In this document: in pieces, positions 46,040 through 54,328 of the stretch | Numbering within the stretch: position 1 is the stretch's first letter | How the letters are laid out: each line of letters starts with the position of its first letter | Source of the DNA: Dehalococcoidia bacterium | Lineage (GTDB): Bacteria > Chloroflexota > Dehalococcoidia > Lucifugimonadales > UBA1123 | Direction: 5' to 3' | Assembly (NCBI GenBank): GCA_965208795.1 | Contig: CBDBPQ010000002.1 | Coordinates: 1,014,770-1,078,769 of the forward strand | Length of the DNA: 64,000 bases | The notes under the pieces: model-generated | What the model saw: the letters and a program-made list of their open reading frames with translations, nothing else | Told to the model about the DNA's origin: nothing | Database searches by the model: none | Position numbers and translations under genes: made by a program

Positions 46040-46080
46040 CGTTGCGGCGGCATTTAGCGACATAAGGAGGCGCGCGTCCC

Positions 46081-47436
46081 ATGCAGCAGGAACCCACCGC
46101 TCTGAGAATGGAGGATCCGGGCATCCGAGAGCTATTCTCGGAAAGCCAAAGGCTTCAGTCGTGGCTCGACGTGGAGGCCGCGCTGGCCCAGGCGCAGGCG
46201 GAGTTGGATGTAATCCCGACGGATGCGGCGGAGGAGATAACGCGCAAGGCGAAGCTGGAGTATATGGACCGCGACGCCATCAACGAGGGGCTTGCGCGCA
46301 CGGGACACGGCTTGGTGCCGCTGATCTGGGAGCTCGACCGCGTGTGCGACGGCGACGCCGGCGGCTACGTCCACTGGGGCGCGACGACGCAGAACATCAC
46401 GCAGACCGGCAAGCTGATACAGCTTCGCAAGGCGCACCGCATCTACCTGTCGCAGCTTGGGCGCATCCTCGAACTTATGGCGGATCTCGCCGAGCGGACG
46501 CGCGACTACGCGCTGCCCGGACGCACTCACGGTCAACACGCGGTTCCGGCGACGTTCGGGCTGAAGGTGGCGGTGTGGATTGACGAGCTGATCCGGCACG
46601 TCGAGCGGCTGCGCGAGTGCGAGGGTCGGGTCTTCGTCGCCATGCTCGGAGGCGGCGCGGGGACGCTAGGCTCGCTGGGCGAGATAGGACTGGACATCCA
46701 GGACCTCATGGCTGAGAAGCTGGATATGCAGCCCATGCCTATGCCGTCGCGCACGACTGCCGATCACCTCTGCGAGTACGTGGCTCTTCTTGGAATGTTG
46801 TCGGCTACCTGCTCGAAGATCGGGCGCGAGGTCTATACGGGGATGAAGCAGGAGTTCGGGGAGATGGAGGAGCCTGTGCCGCCCGGCACGGTGGGTTCCA
46901 GCACGATGCCGCAGAAGCGCAACCCGAAGATAAGCCAGGACATAGTGGCGACGGCGGCGCAGGTACGCGCGCTGGTTCCGCTCGCGCTCGAATCCATGAT
47001 GACCGAACACGAAGCGGACCGCACGACGAGCGTGATGATGGACCGCGCGCTAACGCAGTCCGCCATCATCGTCGGAGACATGTTGCAGTACATGATAGAG
47101 CTATTCAGCGGCATCCAGGTCTTTCCGGAGCGGATGCGCAAGAATCTCGACCTGTCGGGCGGGCTGATAATGTCCGAGGCGCTGATGCTAGAGCTGGGTC
47201 GGCGCATCGGGCGGCAGCGCGCCCACGACGCGATCTACGACGCCGCGCAGGCGTCGGTGGTCGAGAGCAGATCGTTCACTGAAGCGCTGGCGGACGAGGC
47301 GGACGTGCGTGAGAATCTGGACGACGCGCAGATCGAGGCGCTGCTGGATCCGACGCGGTACGTGGGCGCGTGCGGGCTGCTCGCCGACCGGTTCGCGGCA
47401 AGGGCGCGCGAGGTGGCGGTAGGGTTGGCTACCTGA
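46081..47436 (+). CDS. Class-II fumarase/aspartase superfamily lyase (adenylosuccinate lyase / 3-carboxymuconate cycloisomerase-like)
   Basis: GSSTMPQKRNP signature, HWGATTQNI. Confidence 0.85.
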   Translation: MQQEPTALRMEDPGIRELFSESQRLQSWLDVEAALAQAQAELDVIPTDAAEEITRKAKLEYMDRDAINEGLARTGHGLVPLIWELDRVCDGDAGGYVHWGATTQNITQTGKLIQLRKAHRIYLSQLGRILELMADLAERTRDYALPGRTHGQHAVPATFGLKVAVWIDELIRHVERLRECEGRVFVAMLGGGAGTLGSLGEIGLDIQDLMAEKLDMQPMPMPSRTTADHLCEYVALLGMLSATCSKIGREVYTGMKQEFGEMEEPVPPGTVGSSTMPQKRNPKISQDIVATAAQVRALVPLALESMMTEHEADRTTSVMMDRALTQSAIIVGDMLQYMIELFSGIQVFPERMRKNLDLSGGLIMSEALMLELGRRIGRQRAHDAIYDAAQASVVESRSFTEALADEADVRENLDDAQIEALLDPTRYVGACGLLADRFAARAREVAVGLAT

Positions 47437-48574
47437 GCGGCAGTCCACCCTTCGACGGTATCACGCCATCCGCCCTCATGGCGGCTATATGCGCTTCGGT
47501 GTAGCCCAGCTCCGCCAGTATCGCGTCGGTATCGGCGCCGAATACGGGAGATGTTCCGGTTCGGGCAGGAGTCTCGCTCAGCCGCTGCGGGGTTCCACCG
47601 TGTTCTATGGCGCCGAACGCAGGGTGCAGTTCCTCGACGACCAGCCCACGCTCTTTCGGGTAGTCGTCCGAGCGAGCGTCCGCGAGCGAGCGGTGGGGAG
47701 TCGCAGGTATTCCGGCGGCGGACAGGGCGTCCATCCACTCGGATGTCGGGCGGTCGGAGAAGGCGGATTCCAGATCGCTCTCGCTTTGCGGCAGGGATAG
47801 CCGGGCGAGGTCGCCTTCTTCAGCCGACAGCGCAATCCAGCCGTCCGCCGTCCGGTACAGTCGTGAGAGCGGCCCCGTTCCCTTCGCCTGCGGCCCGCTG
47901 ATCTCGTCCGGCTCGAAGCCTTCGTGGTCTATCATGTACGCCGATGAGAAGGTGGAGGCGGTGTGGGCAAGGGAGGTGTCAATCTTCTGCCCGCGTCCGG
48001 TGCGCTCGCGTTCGAGCAGGGCGAGCATAACGCCGTAGGCCGCCATGACGCCGGTGCCGTAGTCGTTGAAGGTGTAGGGGGGTGGACCGGGTTCGCCGTC
48101 TTCGCCGCCGTTGCGTATCTGCATTCCGGTCGCCGCCTGCGCGTTCTGGTCGAAGCCGGGACGCATCGCCCACGGCCCCTCCTGCCCGAAGGCGTTGATG
48201 GAGGCGTACACGATGCCGGGGTTGCGCGCGCTCAGCTGCTCGTAGCCTATGCCCAGCCGCTCGGCAACGCCCTTGCGGAAGCCCTGCAAGATGACGTCTG
48301 ACGTGTCGGCGAGCTTGTAGAACGCTTCCAGTCCCGCGTCCTTGGTGATGTTGATGGAGACGCTGCGCTTGCCGCGTCCCACGTCGAGCCAGGGCGTGAG
48401 GGCGGGCATCCTGTGTTCGGGATCGACCTTTATCACGTCCGCGCCGTACTCGGACAGGGTTCTGCCGCACGTGGGGCCGGCGAGTATGATGCAGAGATCC
48501 AGAACGCGGATTCCGTCGAGGGCTGCTGGGGCGGCGAGCTCAGCTGGATTAGCGGTCATTTGTATCATCTCCAA
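47429..48574 (-). CDS. Family III CoA-transferase (CaiB/BaiF)
   Basis: LDGIRVLDLCIILAGPTCGRTLSEYGADVIKVDP. Confidence 0.85.
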   Translation of the reverse strand: MEMIQMTANPAELAAPAALDGIRVLDLCIILAGPTCGRTLSEYGADVIKVDPEHRMPALTPWLDVGRGKRSVSINITKDAGLEAFYKLADTSDVILQGFRKGVAERLGIGYEQLSARNPGIVYASINAFGQEGPWAMRPGFDQNAQAATGMQIRNGGEDGEPGPPPYTFNDYGTGVMAAYGVMLALLERERTGRGQKIDTSLAHTASTFSSAYMIDHEGFEPDEISGPQAKGTGPLSRLYRTADGWIALSAEEGDLARLSLPQSESDLESAFSDRPTSEWMDALSAAGIPATPHRSLADARSDDYPKERGLVVEELHPAFGAIEHGGTPQRLSETPARTGTSPVFGADTDAILAELGYTEAHIAAMRADGVIPSKGGLPLR

Positions 48575-49664
48575 GCAGTTCGTGGTTGTGTTCGCCCAAT
48601 CGCGGCGCCGACGTGGGCGTCCCGCCCGGCGTGTCGCTCATATTGACCTGGATTCCGACCTGGCGCATGGGGCCAAATTCGGCGTCGTGGACTTCGATTA
48701 TGGCGCCGGACGCCCAAGCGTGGTCGGTTTCCATCCATTCGCGCAGGGTGCGGCACATGGTCAGGGGAACGCCGGCGTCCGCCATTAGCGTCTCCCATTC
48801 GAGGGCTGGACGTTCCAGCCACGGCTCGGCAAAGCGAGCCCCCCACTCCTCGCGCTCCTCTACGTTTACGCGGAGGCGATCGTCCGTGAGCGGAGCGTAC
48901 CAGTCGGGATGACCGAGAACGTCGAGGATGGGGCGGAGCGAACGTTCGTAGCTGGCGTTGAGGTTTATCCAGCGTCCGTCGCCGCAGCGGTAGAAGCGCC
49001 CGATGGCGGGCGACAGCGGCGCGGGCGCGGCGGGGACGTCCGGGCGGCGGACGAGGGCGGATCCCATCGCGGTGAACATGGCGTCGTACAGTGGGATAGA
49101 TACGTCCTGTCCCGCGCCGGCGCGTTCGCGGTGGAACAGCGCGGCGACGACCGCGGACGCGGCGACCATCGCGCAGAATATGCTGGCGTAGGGCAGGGCA
49201 ATGAAGCTGGCGCCTTCGTCAGAATCCGGGCTTCGATCCGCATAGACGCCGGTCGCGGCGGAGATTAGCAGTTCGTGGCCGGGGAAAGGGCCGGGAGTGG
49301 CCGCCTGCGGGTGGGTTTCGCCGAATCCGGGCAGCGACAAGTGTATGACGTCGGGGCGGACGCTCCGCGCGTAGGCGGCATCCACACCATAGGGGTTGAC
49401 GCCTGATGAGAACGATTCGATTACGACGTCCGCGTGACGCAGGATTCGGCGTAGATGCGCGCCCTTGCCATTGGGATCGATCGTCACGGAGCGCTTGGCG
49501 CGGTTCCAGACGCTGAAGACGGGGCTGCCGCGCATCGGATCGCCTCCGGGCGGCTCGACCTTCACCACGTCCGCGCCCTGGTCGGCGAGGAGCATACCAA
49601 GCGCGGCTGCGGCGGGGTGGTCTCCGAGTTCTACTATCCGGTAAGTTGAAAGGGCTCCGGGCAT
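48549..49664 (-). CDS. Family III CoA-transferase (CaiB/BaiF), second paralogue
   Basis: YRIVELGDHPAAAALGMLLADQGADVVKVEPPGGD. Start taken at ATG 49664 with GGAGG upstream; the 157-aa Arg/Pro-rich extension was rejected. Confidence 0.85.
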   Translation of the reverse strand: MPGALSTYRIVELGDHPAAAALGMLLADQGADVVKVEPPGGDPMRGSPVFSVWNRAKRSVTIDPNGKGAHLRRILRHADVVIESFSSGVNPYGVDAAYARSVRPDVIHLSLPGFGETHPQAATPGPFPGHELLISAATGVYADRSPDSDEGASFIALPYASIFCAMVAASAVVAALFHRERAGAGQDVSIPLYDAMFTAMGSALVRRPDVPAAPAPLSPAIGRFYRCGDGRWINLNASYERSLRPILDVLGHPDWYAPLTDDRLRVNVEEREEWGARFAEPWLERPALEWETLMADAGVPLTMCRTLREWMETDHAWASGAIIEVHDAEFGPMRQVGIQVNMSDTPGGTPTSAPRLGEHNHELLGDDTNDR

Positions 49665-49711
49665 CGAATCACCTCCGGCGGTGATTTTAGCATCTTTAGT
49701 GGAGGGAATCC

Positions 49712-50317
49712 TTGTCTCAGACCAGAAAACTTCTAATCGCCACCCACAACGCTGGCAAGTTGGTTGAACTGGCGGAGTTGCTGGGCGGCATCCCGTATCA
49801 GCTGGTTTCGCTTTCGGACGTGGGGATAGATGCGGACGTAGAGGAGACGGGGCGGACGTTCGAGGAGAACGCCACCCTGAAGGCTGAGACGTACCGCGAG
49901 TTGAGCGGACTGCCGACTCTGGCTGACGATTCGGGTCTCGAGGTGGACGCGCTGAACGGCGAGCCGGGCGTGCTGTCCGCCCGGTACGCGGGCGAGGACG
50001 CGACGGATGCGGACCGCGTGGCGCTGCTGCTGCGCAATCTCGCGGACGCGCCGTCGGAGGAGCGCACGGCGCGGTTCCGCTGTGTGATCGCGGTCGCGGC
50101 TCCCGGTGAGCGGACTCGGCTGTACGACGGCGCATGTGAGGGGCTGATCGTGGATGAACCGCGAGGGGACTACGGTTTCGGGTACGATCCGGTATTCCTG
50201 CTGCCGGACGAGGGGATGACTATGGCCGAACTGCCTTCAGAGAGGAAGAACGCGGTCAGCCACCGGGCGGCGGCTGCAAAGAAGGCGGCCGGCGATTTGT
50301 GTATAATGAGCGTATGA
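49712..50317 (+). CDS. rdgB: Non-canonical purine NTP pyrophosphatase (RdgB/HAM1)
   Basis: LLIATHNAGKLVELAELL...ETGRTFEENATLKA...GDYGFGYDPVF...SHRAAA. TTG start. Confidence 0.9.
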   Translation: MSQTRKLLIATHNAGKLVELAELLGGIPYQLVSLSDVGIDADVEETGRTFEENATLKAETYRELSGLPTLADDSGLEVDALNGEPGVLSARYAGEDATDADRVALLLRNLADAPSEERTARFRCVIAVAAPGERTRLYDGACEGLIVDEPRGDYGFGYDPVFLLPDEGMTMAELPSERKNAVSHRAAAAKKAAGDLCIMSV

Positions 50318-51351
50318 CACTCGCAAATACTGGACCCGATACCGCTCTGCGCGACCGCTTCAGGCGTCCGCTGCGCGATCTTCGCATATCGGTAACCGAC
50401 AGGTGCAACTTCCGTTGCCCGTACTGTATGCCGGCGGAGATCTACGGCGAGCGCTACCAGTTTCTGCCGCGGAACGATCTGCTGACATTCGAGGAAATCA
50501 CGCGGCTTGCGCGAATCCTCGCGGGGCTGGGCGTGGTCAAGGCGCGCATCACGGGCGGCGAACCGCTGGTTCGCGCCGAGATAGACCGGCTTGTCTCGAT
50601 GCTGTCCGGAGTGGAGGGCATCGAAGACCTGACGATGACGACGAACGCCTACCTACTGGCGCAGTTCGCCGAGAAGTTGCGCGACGCCGGCCTCCAACGC
50701 ATCAGCATCAGCCTGGACTCGTTGGACGACGAGGTCTTCCGCGTGATGAACGGACGCAACTTCGGTCCGGAGCGCGTTCTGGAAGGCATCGCGGCGGCGG
50801 ACGCAGCGGGCTTCAGCCCGATCAAGATAAACGCCGTCGTCAAGCGCGGGGTGAACGATCATACCATGGTTGATTTGGTCCGTTTCGCCCGTGAGCGAGG
50901 CTACATCGTCCGCTTCATCGAGTACATGGACGTAGGCACGCTGAACGGCTGGAAGATGGACGACGTGGTGCCGGCGGACGAGATAGTGGAAAGAATCCAC
51001 GCCGAGATGCCGCTGGAGCCTGTATCGGCGAACTACGCCGGCGAGGTGGCGATGCGGTACGGGTTCGCGGACGGCGATGGCGAGATAGGCGTGATAGCGT
51101 CCGTAACCAAGCCGTTCTGCGGCGATTGCACGAGGATGCGCCTGTCTCCGGAAGGCCGAATAGTTACGTGTCTGTTCGCGTCTTCCGGCACGGATCTGCG
51201 GACGCCGCTACGAGACGGCGCGACGGACGCGGAGATAGAGGACATCGTTCGAGGAACCTGGGGAGCGCGGGAAGATCGCTACTCGGAGATTCGGACGATG
51301 TTTACGGACGCCCCGCGCAAGAAGGTGGAGATGTACCACATAGGCGGGTAG
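50314..51351 (+). CDS. moaA: GTP 3',8-cyclase (radical SAM)
   Basis: RISVTDRCNFRCPYCMP plus C-terminal CGDCTRMRLS. ATGA overlap with rdgB. Confidence 0.9.
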   Translation: MTLANTGPDTALRDRFRRPLRDLRISVTDRCNFRCPYCMPAEIYGERYQFLPRNDLLTFEEITRLARILAGLGVVKARITGGEPLVRAEIDRLVSMLSGVEGIEDLTMTTNAYLLAQFAEKLRDAGLQRISISLDSLDDEVFRVMNGRNFGPERVLEGIAAADAAGFSPIKINAVVKRGVNDHTMVDLVRFARERGYIVRFIEYMDVGTLNGWKMDDVVPADEIVERIHAEMPLEPVSANYAGEVAMRYGFADGDGEIGVIASVTKPFCGDCTRMRLSPEGRIVTCLFASSGTDLRTPLRDGATDAEIEDIVRGTWGAREDRYSEIRTMFTDAPRKKVEMYHIGG

Positions 51352-51364
51352 CAAGGGCGGGTAG

Positions 51365-51388
51365 CAAGCCACACGCTTGACCGGGATT
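51365..51388 (+). repeat. Stop-codon-abutting motif (copy 4), preceded by a 13-bp tandem duplication that includes the moaA stop
   Basis: caagccacacgcttgaccgggatt. ggcgggtagcaag occurs at 51343..51355 and again at 51356..51368. Confidence 0.7.
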
Positions 51389-51499
51389 GGGAGGACGAGG
51401 CTCGTTGCCCCTGTGCAACCGGTAAAAGCGGGGATGCCCAGCGCCGCCTCCCCAGGTTCCTACCCTCACGGGAACGACGGGATTTTCGTCAAACGCCAA

Positions 51500-51534
51500 G
51501 ATGCCCCGCAGGTTTTGCGGGGCATCGGCTTTTT
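51500..51534 (+). terminator. Rho-independent terminator
   Basis: GATGCCCCGCA-ggttt-TGCGGGGCATC followed by GGCTTTTT. Confidence 0.6.
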
Positions 51535-51558
51535 CAGACGGGTCGGTTCGCGGTCCGG

Positions 51559-52854
51559 TTACGCTTTGTTGCGCGACCTGCGCCCGCGTATGGACATTAC
51601 GCCGCCGACCGCAAGCAGCGCGAACGCGATGAGCGTTGCGAGCTGTATGGCTGCGGATGCGCTGGCGTCGCCTACTCCGGGCAGACCAGGCGCCGTGGGC
51701 TGGACCGGCGTTGGCGTCGGCGTGGCCGTTGGCAGCGGCGTCGGCGTCGGCGTGGCGGTCGGAGCCGGCGTGGGTGTTGGCGTAGCGAGAATCGGCAGGC
51801 CGCCGGCTACGACGGACAGGGTCGCGGCTTTCTGTGAGTTCTCGTAAGCCATCATCGCGCCGTGTTCACTCGTCTCCGGCACGATCATGGCCGGAGCCTC
51901 GTCATCGTCCTCATCGACCACTTCTCTCTGGCCGAGCATACCGTCGCCGTTGACGTCGAAGCCGTTGGCGGCGACGTCCAAGTAGGCAACCACGGAACGA
52001 CCGGACGAGCCGAACATGCCTGCCGGCGGACCGATGAATATCTGGGCGATCTGGAGCGAATCTTGGCCGAGAGCCATGACGGCGGCATCCCGAGCGTTCA
52101 TCATCCACATCTCGGCGTTGCCGAACCCGGCTACGGCCATTGACGAATACATCGCCATGTTGGAGCCTTCCTGAGCCATGGAACTTGCGCTCGCCGCGGC
52201 GGCTTTGGCCGCTGCCGCGTGCGCCATAGCCCCGACTCCGTCTCCTGGGTCGCCGCCTTCGGCCATGTAGTTGGCGCCTTCAGACCCTTCAAGGATGTTG
52301 ATGACGTGCTGGGCATGCATCTTCGCCCCATCGAGGGTCTCCGAGCTTGCCGCAAGCTGGGCGTGCGTCGCCGCCACTTCGATCTGCATGTTGAGATTGG
52401 CGCCGGCGTCTATGAGCGTCCGCAGCGCTTCAGCCGTCTGGGCCGTGAAGGTTTCGGACGCTATGCCTTGACCGGTGGGTCGGCCCGGAGACGAACCCGC
52501 TTCTTCGACTGAGATGACCCAGCCGCTGTACATAGCGATGAGATTCGCGCCGGCGTAGTTGGCTGACTCGGCTCCGAACTTCAGATTCGCGTTGCCGGAG
52601 GCATCGATGTCGAGAGAACCGATTCTCATGAAGCCGGACTGCTCGTCTGCGACGAGCCACGCGACGTACTCCATGCCTTCAGCCGCGGGCGTGGCCCCGC
52701 TGATATTGACCTCTATGCCGTCGCTGATAGCGGCGTCATCGAAGACTACAGCAGAGCCTTCGCCAACCGGCGTCGCTTGGGCGATGACCACTGTCGCGGG
52801 CACCGCCAGCAGCAGCAAGAGGGTCAAGACGAGTAGGAATTTAGACCTGGGCAT
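51559..52854 (-). CDS. Secreted, Met-rich protein with a Pro/Thr linker and C-terminal TM anchor; N-terminal region resembles the RskA-type anti-sigma extracytoplasmic domain
   Basis: Signal peptide MPRSKFLLVLTLLLLLAVPATVVIAQA. YVAWLVADEQSGFMRIGSL. PTPTPAPTATPTPTPLPTATPTPTP linker. ...LPGVGD-hydrophobic helix-RGRRSRNKA tail. AAGGAGGGGG RBS. Confidence 0.75.
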   Translation of the reverse strand: MPRSKFLLVLTLLLLLAVPATVVIAQATPVGEGSAVVFDDAAISDGIEVNISGATPAAEGMEYVAWLVADEQSGFMRIGSLDIDASGNANLKFGAESANYAGANLIAMYSGWVISVEEAGSSPGRPTGQGIASETFTAQTAEALRTLIDAGANLNMQIEVAATHAQLAASSETLDGAKMHAQHVINILEGSEGANYMAEGGDPGDGVGAMAHAAAAKAAAASASSMAQEGSNMAMYSSMAVAGFGNAEMWMMNARDAAVMALGQDSLQIAQIFIGPPAGMFGSSGRSVVAYLDVAANGFDVNGDGMLGQREVVDEDDDEAPAMIVPETSEHGAMMAYENSQKAATLSVVAGGLPILATPTPTPAPTATPTPTPLPTATPTPTPVQPTAPGLPGVGDASASAAIQLATLIAFALLAVGGVMSIRGRRSRNKA

Positions 52855-53217
52855 ACTTAATGTCCCCCTCCTTAGAGTATTGAGGATGATGACCTATATT
52901 ATCAAAAGTCTCAAACAATTTTGTACCGTTGATACACTACCATATGGCGCAAGTCAAGCATAGGGCTTGAACGGCGATATTTGCGGCAATTCCTAGAGGT
53001 CGCCGCGCAAGTCTTGGACGCCGCCTAATTCCATTCAGGCCCTGCGGCGTCGAACTCCCAAATATTGGGCACAAGCTATAATAGCAGTCTGGCCCTATCC
53101 AGTCGAGTCTAACATTAGAGCTAGGCTGAATGATACAGCGTATTGGCTCGACAAGCTAGACCCCGCGGAGAAAGGCGTGGAAAGGGAGGTGTGAAGGGGG
53201 TTAGGAACGACACAGGG

Positions 53218-53541
53218 TCAGGGGCATGGATGGCGGCGCCGATCGATGGCGGTCGAGGGGGAGGACGGACGCAGTCCGGTCAGACGGCTGAGCAGGCTTT
53301 CGAACGCTCCGGCGGCGGGACGTTCGGATTCGATGCGGCGCATGAGGCGACGCCGGACTCTATCGGGGACGACGCGCTGGGGCGCCGAGTAGGCAAGGTC
53401 GGCTATGGAGTCTTCGTAATCGGAGACGTTTGGGGTGAAGCGCGAGCCGGAGGCGAGCCGGAAGGCACGCGCGCATAGCTCGCAGGTCTCCAGGTGCGAT
53501 TCGACCGGCGAACGCCGCGTCTCGCATATCGCGCCGGACAA
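53218..53541 (-). CDS. zf-HC2-type anti-sigma factor, soluble (no TM segment)
   Basis: ...VESHLETCELCARAF is an H-x3-C-x2-C motif. Lies directly downstream of the ECF sigma gene. Confidence 0.5.
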   Translation of the reverse strand: MSGAICETRRSPVESHLETCELCARAFRLASGSRFTPNVSDYEDSIADLAYSAPQRVVPDRVRRRLMRRIESERPAAGAFESLLSRLTGLRPSSPSTAIDRRRHPCP

Positions 53542-53596
53542 GTATGGCCATATGAGTTCGGTGGCCGCTCGACAATCTATTTTGGCTACACTCGGC

Positions 53597-54181
53597 TTAT
53601 CCAGGGGTTTGCGCTCCCATCGTGTCTCTGAGTTTTCTGATGCCCAGTCGTATTCTGGTCTTGACGGTTCCGAGAGGCTGATCGAGGCGTTTGGATATCT
53701 CGGAGTGCGTCATCCCTCCAAAATACGCCAGTACCAGAACCTCCCGCTGTTCAGGCCTGAGCGTGGTTAGCGCGTCTTTGAGACGGCTGCCCTCGAACTG
53801 CGCGGTGGCGTATTCGGAGGGGTCGCCGTCGCGCGACTCGGATGGCCTGTTGGTCAGGTCCACGCCATGCCTTATGCGGTCGTAATGTCTCTTGCGCTTT
53901 CTAAGCTCGTCTATCGTCCGGTTGTGCGCGATTCTGAAGAGCCAACTCTTCACGCTGCCGCGCGGCGCCTTGTAGCTGCCGGCTCGACGCCACACGTTGA
54001 AGAACGTGTCTTGCGCCACTTCCTCAGCCGCGCCCGGATCCCTCAGCATGTGCATAGCCAGCGAGTACACCGGGCCGGAGTAGCGCGTGTAGAGCGCCTC
54101 TAGCGCGTGGCGGTCTCTTTCGCATATCGCCTCTATCAGGTTGTTGTCTTCCGCCTGTTCGTAGCGCATGTTTCTCACCAT
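53597..54181 (-). CDS. ECF (group IV) sigma-70 factor
   Basis: Region 2 VAQDTFFNVWR...SWLFRIAHNRTIDELR. Region 4 LRPEQREVLVLAYFGGMTHSEISKRLDQPLGTVKTRIRLG. Confidence 0.85.
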   Translation of the reverse strand: MVRNMRYEQAEDNNLIEAICERDRHALEALYTRYSGPVYSLAMHMLRDPGAAEEVAQDTFFNVWRRAGSYKAPRGSVKSWLFRIAHNRTIDELRKRKRHYDRIRHGVDLTNRPSESRDGDPSEYATAQFEGSRLKDALTTLRPEQREVLVLAYFGGMTHSEISKRLDQPLGTVKTRIRLGIRKLRDTMGAQTPG

Positions 54182-54328
54182 TCATACGTTTGGGTATGCC
54201 GGCTAGATTTGTTGCCGAGCGGGTATCTTGTCTGGTCTAATGGCCCCTGAGACTCTTGAAACTATGTATGCCCTCGCAAGTTACAACGCCACGGGGTGGC
54301 GGTTGGATAGCGGTTGTGGCGGGTGATT

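Noticed and set aside
49665-50135. 157-aa N-terminal extension of the second CoA-transferase ORF
   Set aside because: The extension is Arg/Pro-rich and antisense to rdgB. The family-typical N-terminus starts at ATG 49664 with a GGAGG RBS.
51690-51790. Short tandem-looking GGCGTCGGCGTGGC repeats, considered as a possible CRISPR or VNTR
   Set aside because: They are the antisense of the (Pro-Thr)n linker coding region of the 431-aa exoprotein. There is no spacer/repeat organisation.
54182-54313. Search for an autoregulated ECF promoter (GGAAC-N16/17-CGT) upstream of the sigma gene
   Set aside because: The only candidate, GCAAC ... CGTA, has a spacing of about 22 nt. This is not convincing.
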